A program made the position numbers and the translations under genes. Below the pieces are notes generated by a model that was not told where the DNA came from, did not search any database, and saw only the letters and a list, made by a program, of their open reading frames with translations. Shown here piece by piece: positions 63,080-64,000 of a DNA stretch of 64,000 nt; position 1 is the stretch's first letter, and every line of letters begins with the position of its first letter. Location: contig NIVC01002492.1 in assembly GCA_002269645.1 (NCBI GenBank), forward strand, positions 1 to 64,000, written 5' to 3'. This stretch comes from Macrostomum lignano. Its lineage: Eukaryota.

Positions 63080-64000
63080 CTCCCAGGCAGTCCTTCTAGG
63101 CTATCTTTCCTAGGCAGCTTTCCCAGGCAAACTCTCCTAGTCAAACCCATCAAGACAGCCTTCCCAGGCTACCCCTCCCAGGCAGCCCTCCCAGACAGCC
63201 CCTCTAGGCTACCCCTCCTGCTCTACCCCTCCCAGGCAGCATTCCCAGGCTATCCTTCCGATTCAACCTCTCCTAGGCTGCTACCCTTGCCAGACAGCCC
63301 TACTAGGCTACACCCTCCTATTTAACCCCTCAGGCTTCCTCCTTTTCTACCCCTCCCAGGCTACCCTTCCCAGGCTACCCTTCCCAGGCTACCCTTCCCA
63401 GGCTAGCCTTCCCAGGCTACCCTTCCCAGGCTACCCTTCCCAGGCTACCCTTCCCAGGCTACCCTTCCCAGGCTACCCTTCCTAGGCTACCCCTCCCAGG
63501 CTACCCTTCCCTGGCTACCCTTCCCAGGCTACCCTTCCCAGGCTACCCTTCCCAGGCTACCCATCCCAGGCTACCCTTCCCAGGCTACCCTTCCCAGGCT
63601 ACCCTTCCCAGGCTACCCTTCCCAGGCTACCCTTCCTAGGCTACCCCTCCCAGGCTACCCTTCCCAGGCTACCCTTCCTAGGCTACCCCTCCCAGGCTAC
63701 CCTTCCCAGGCTACCTTTCCCAGGCTACCCTTCCAGGCCCTCTCTCAGGCAATCCTTCCTGGCTACCCTTCCCAGGCTACCCTTCCCAGGCGGCCCTCCC
63801 ATTCTACCCCTCCCAGGCTACCTTTCCTACTCTACCCCTCCCAGGCTACCCTTCCCAGGCAGCCCTCCCAGGATACCTTTCCTACTCTACCCCTCCCAGG
63901 CAGCCCTTCCAGTCTACCCCTCCCAGGCAGCCCTTCCAGTCTACCCCTCCCAGGCAGCCCTTCCAGGCTACTCCTTCCAGTCTACCCCTCCTAGGCAGCC
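63080..64000. repeat. 14-bp C-rich minisatellite (GGCTACCCTTCCCA), homogeneous core about 63355-63790, runs off the window end
   Basis: Directly visible. Confidence 0.92.

Overview
Eukaryotic (invertebrate animal) genomic DNA with spliced genes, GC-rich exons and GT-AG introns. The style resembles a flatworm such as Macrostomum, which is my inference only. Positions 1-28.7 kb are gene-dense. They hold a divergent GABA-B-like class C GPCR (-), an innexin/pannexin-like channel (+), an AFG2/SPATA5-family double-AAA ATPase with a degenerate D1 (-) and phosphatidylserine synthase PTDSS1 (-, first exon not found). Exon chains were read by hand and are phase-consistent, except for one unresolved gap in the GPCR. 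Positions 29-57.5 kb are a nested transposon island: two mariners, Harbinger, DIRS-like gag, two Crypton-type YR pieces, a Gypsy, two piggyBacs (one intact ORF), IS630/Tc1 and R1/LOA-like fragments, a Polinton/adintovirus capsid fragment, RTE pieces, a solo LTR and MITEs. A frameshifted TMEM86 (+) and C-rich satellites follow. The most unusual signals are two tandem arrays built from exon-intron junctions (15 donors in the GPCR; 34 acceptors before the last PTDSS1 exon), a twin-primed RTE insertion, and a CCATAGAC motif shared across unrelated TE families. No rRNA, tRNA or CRISPR was seen.
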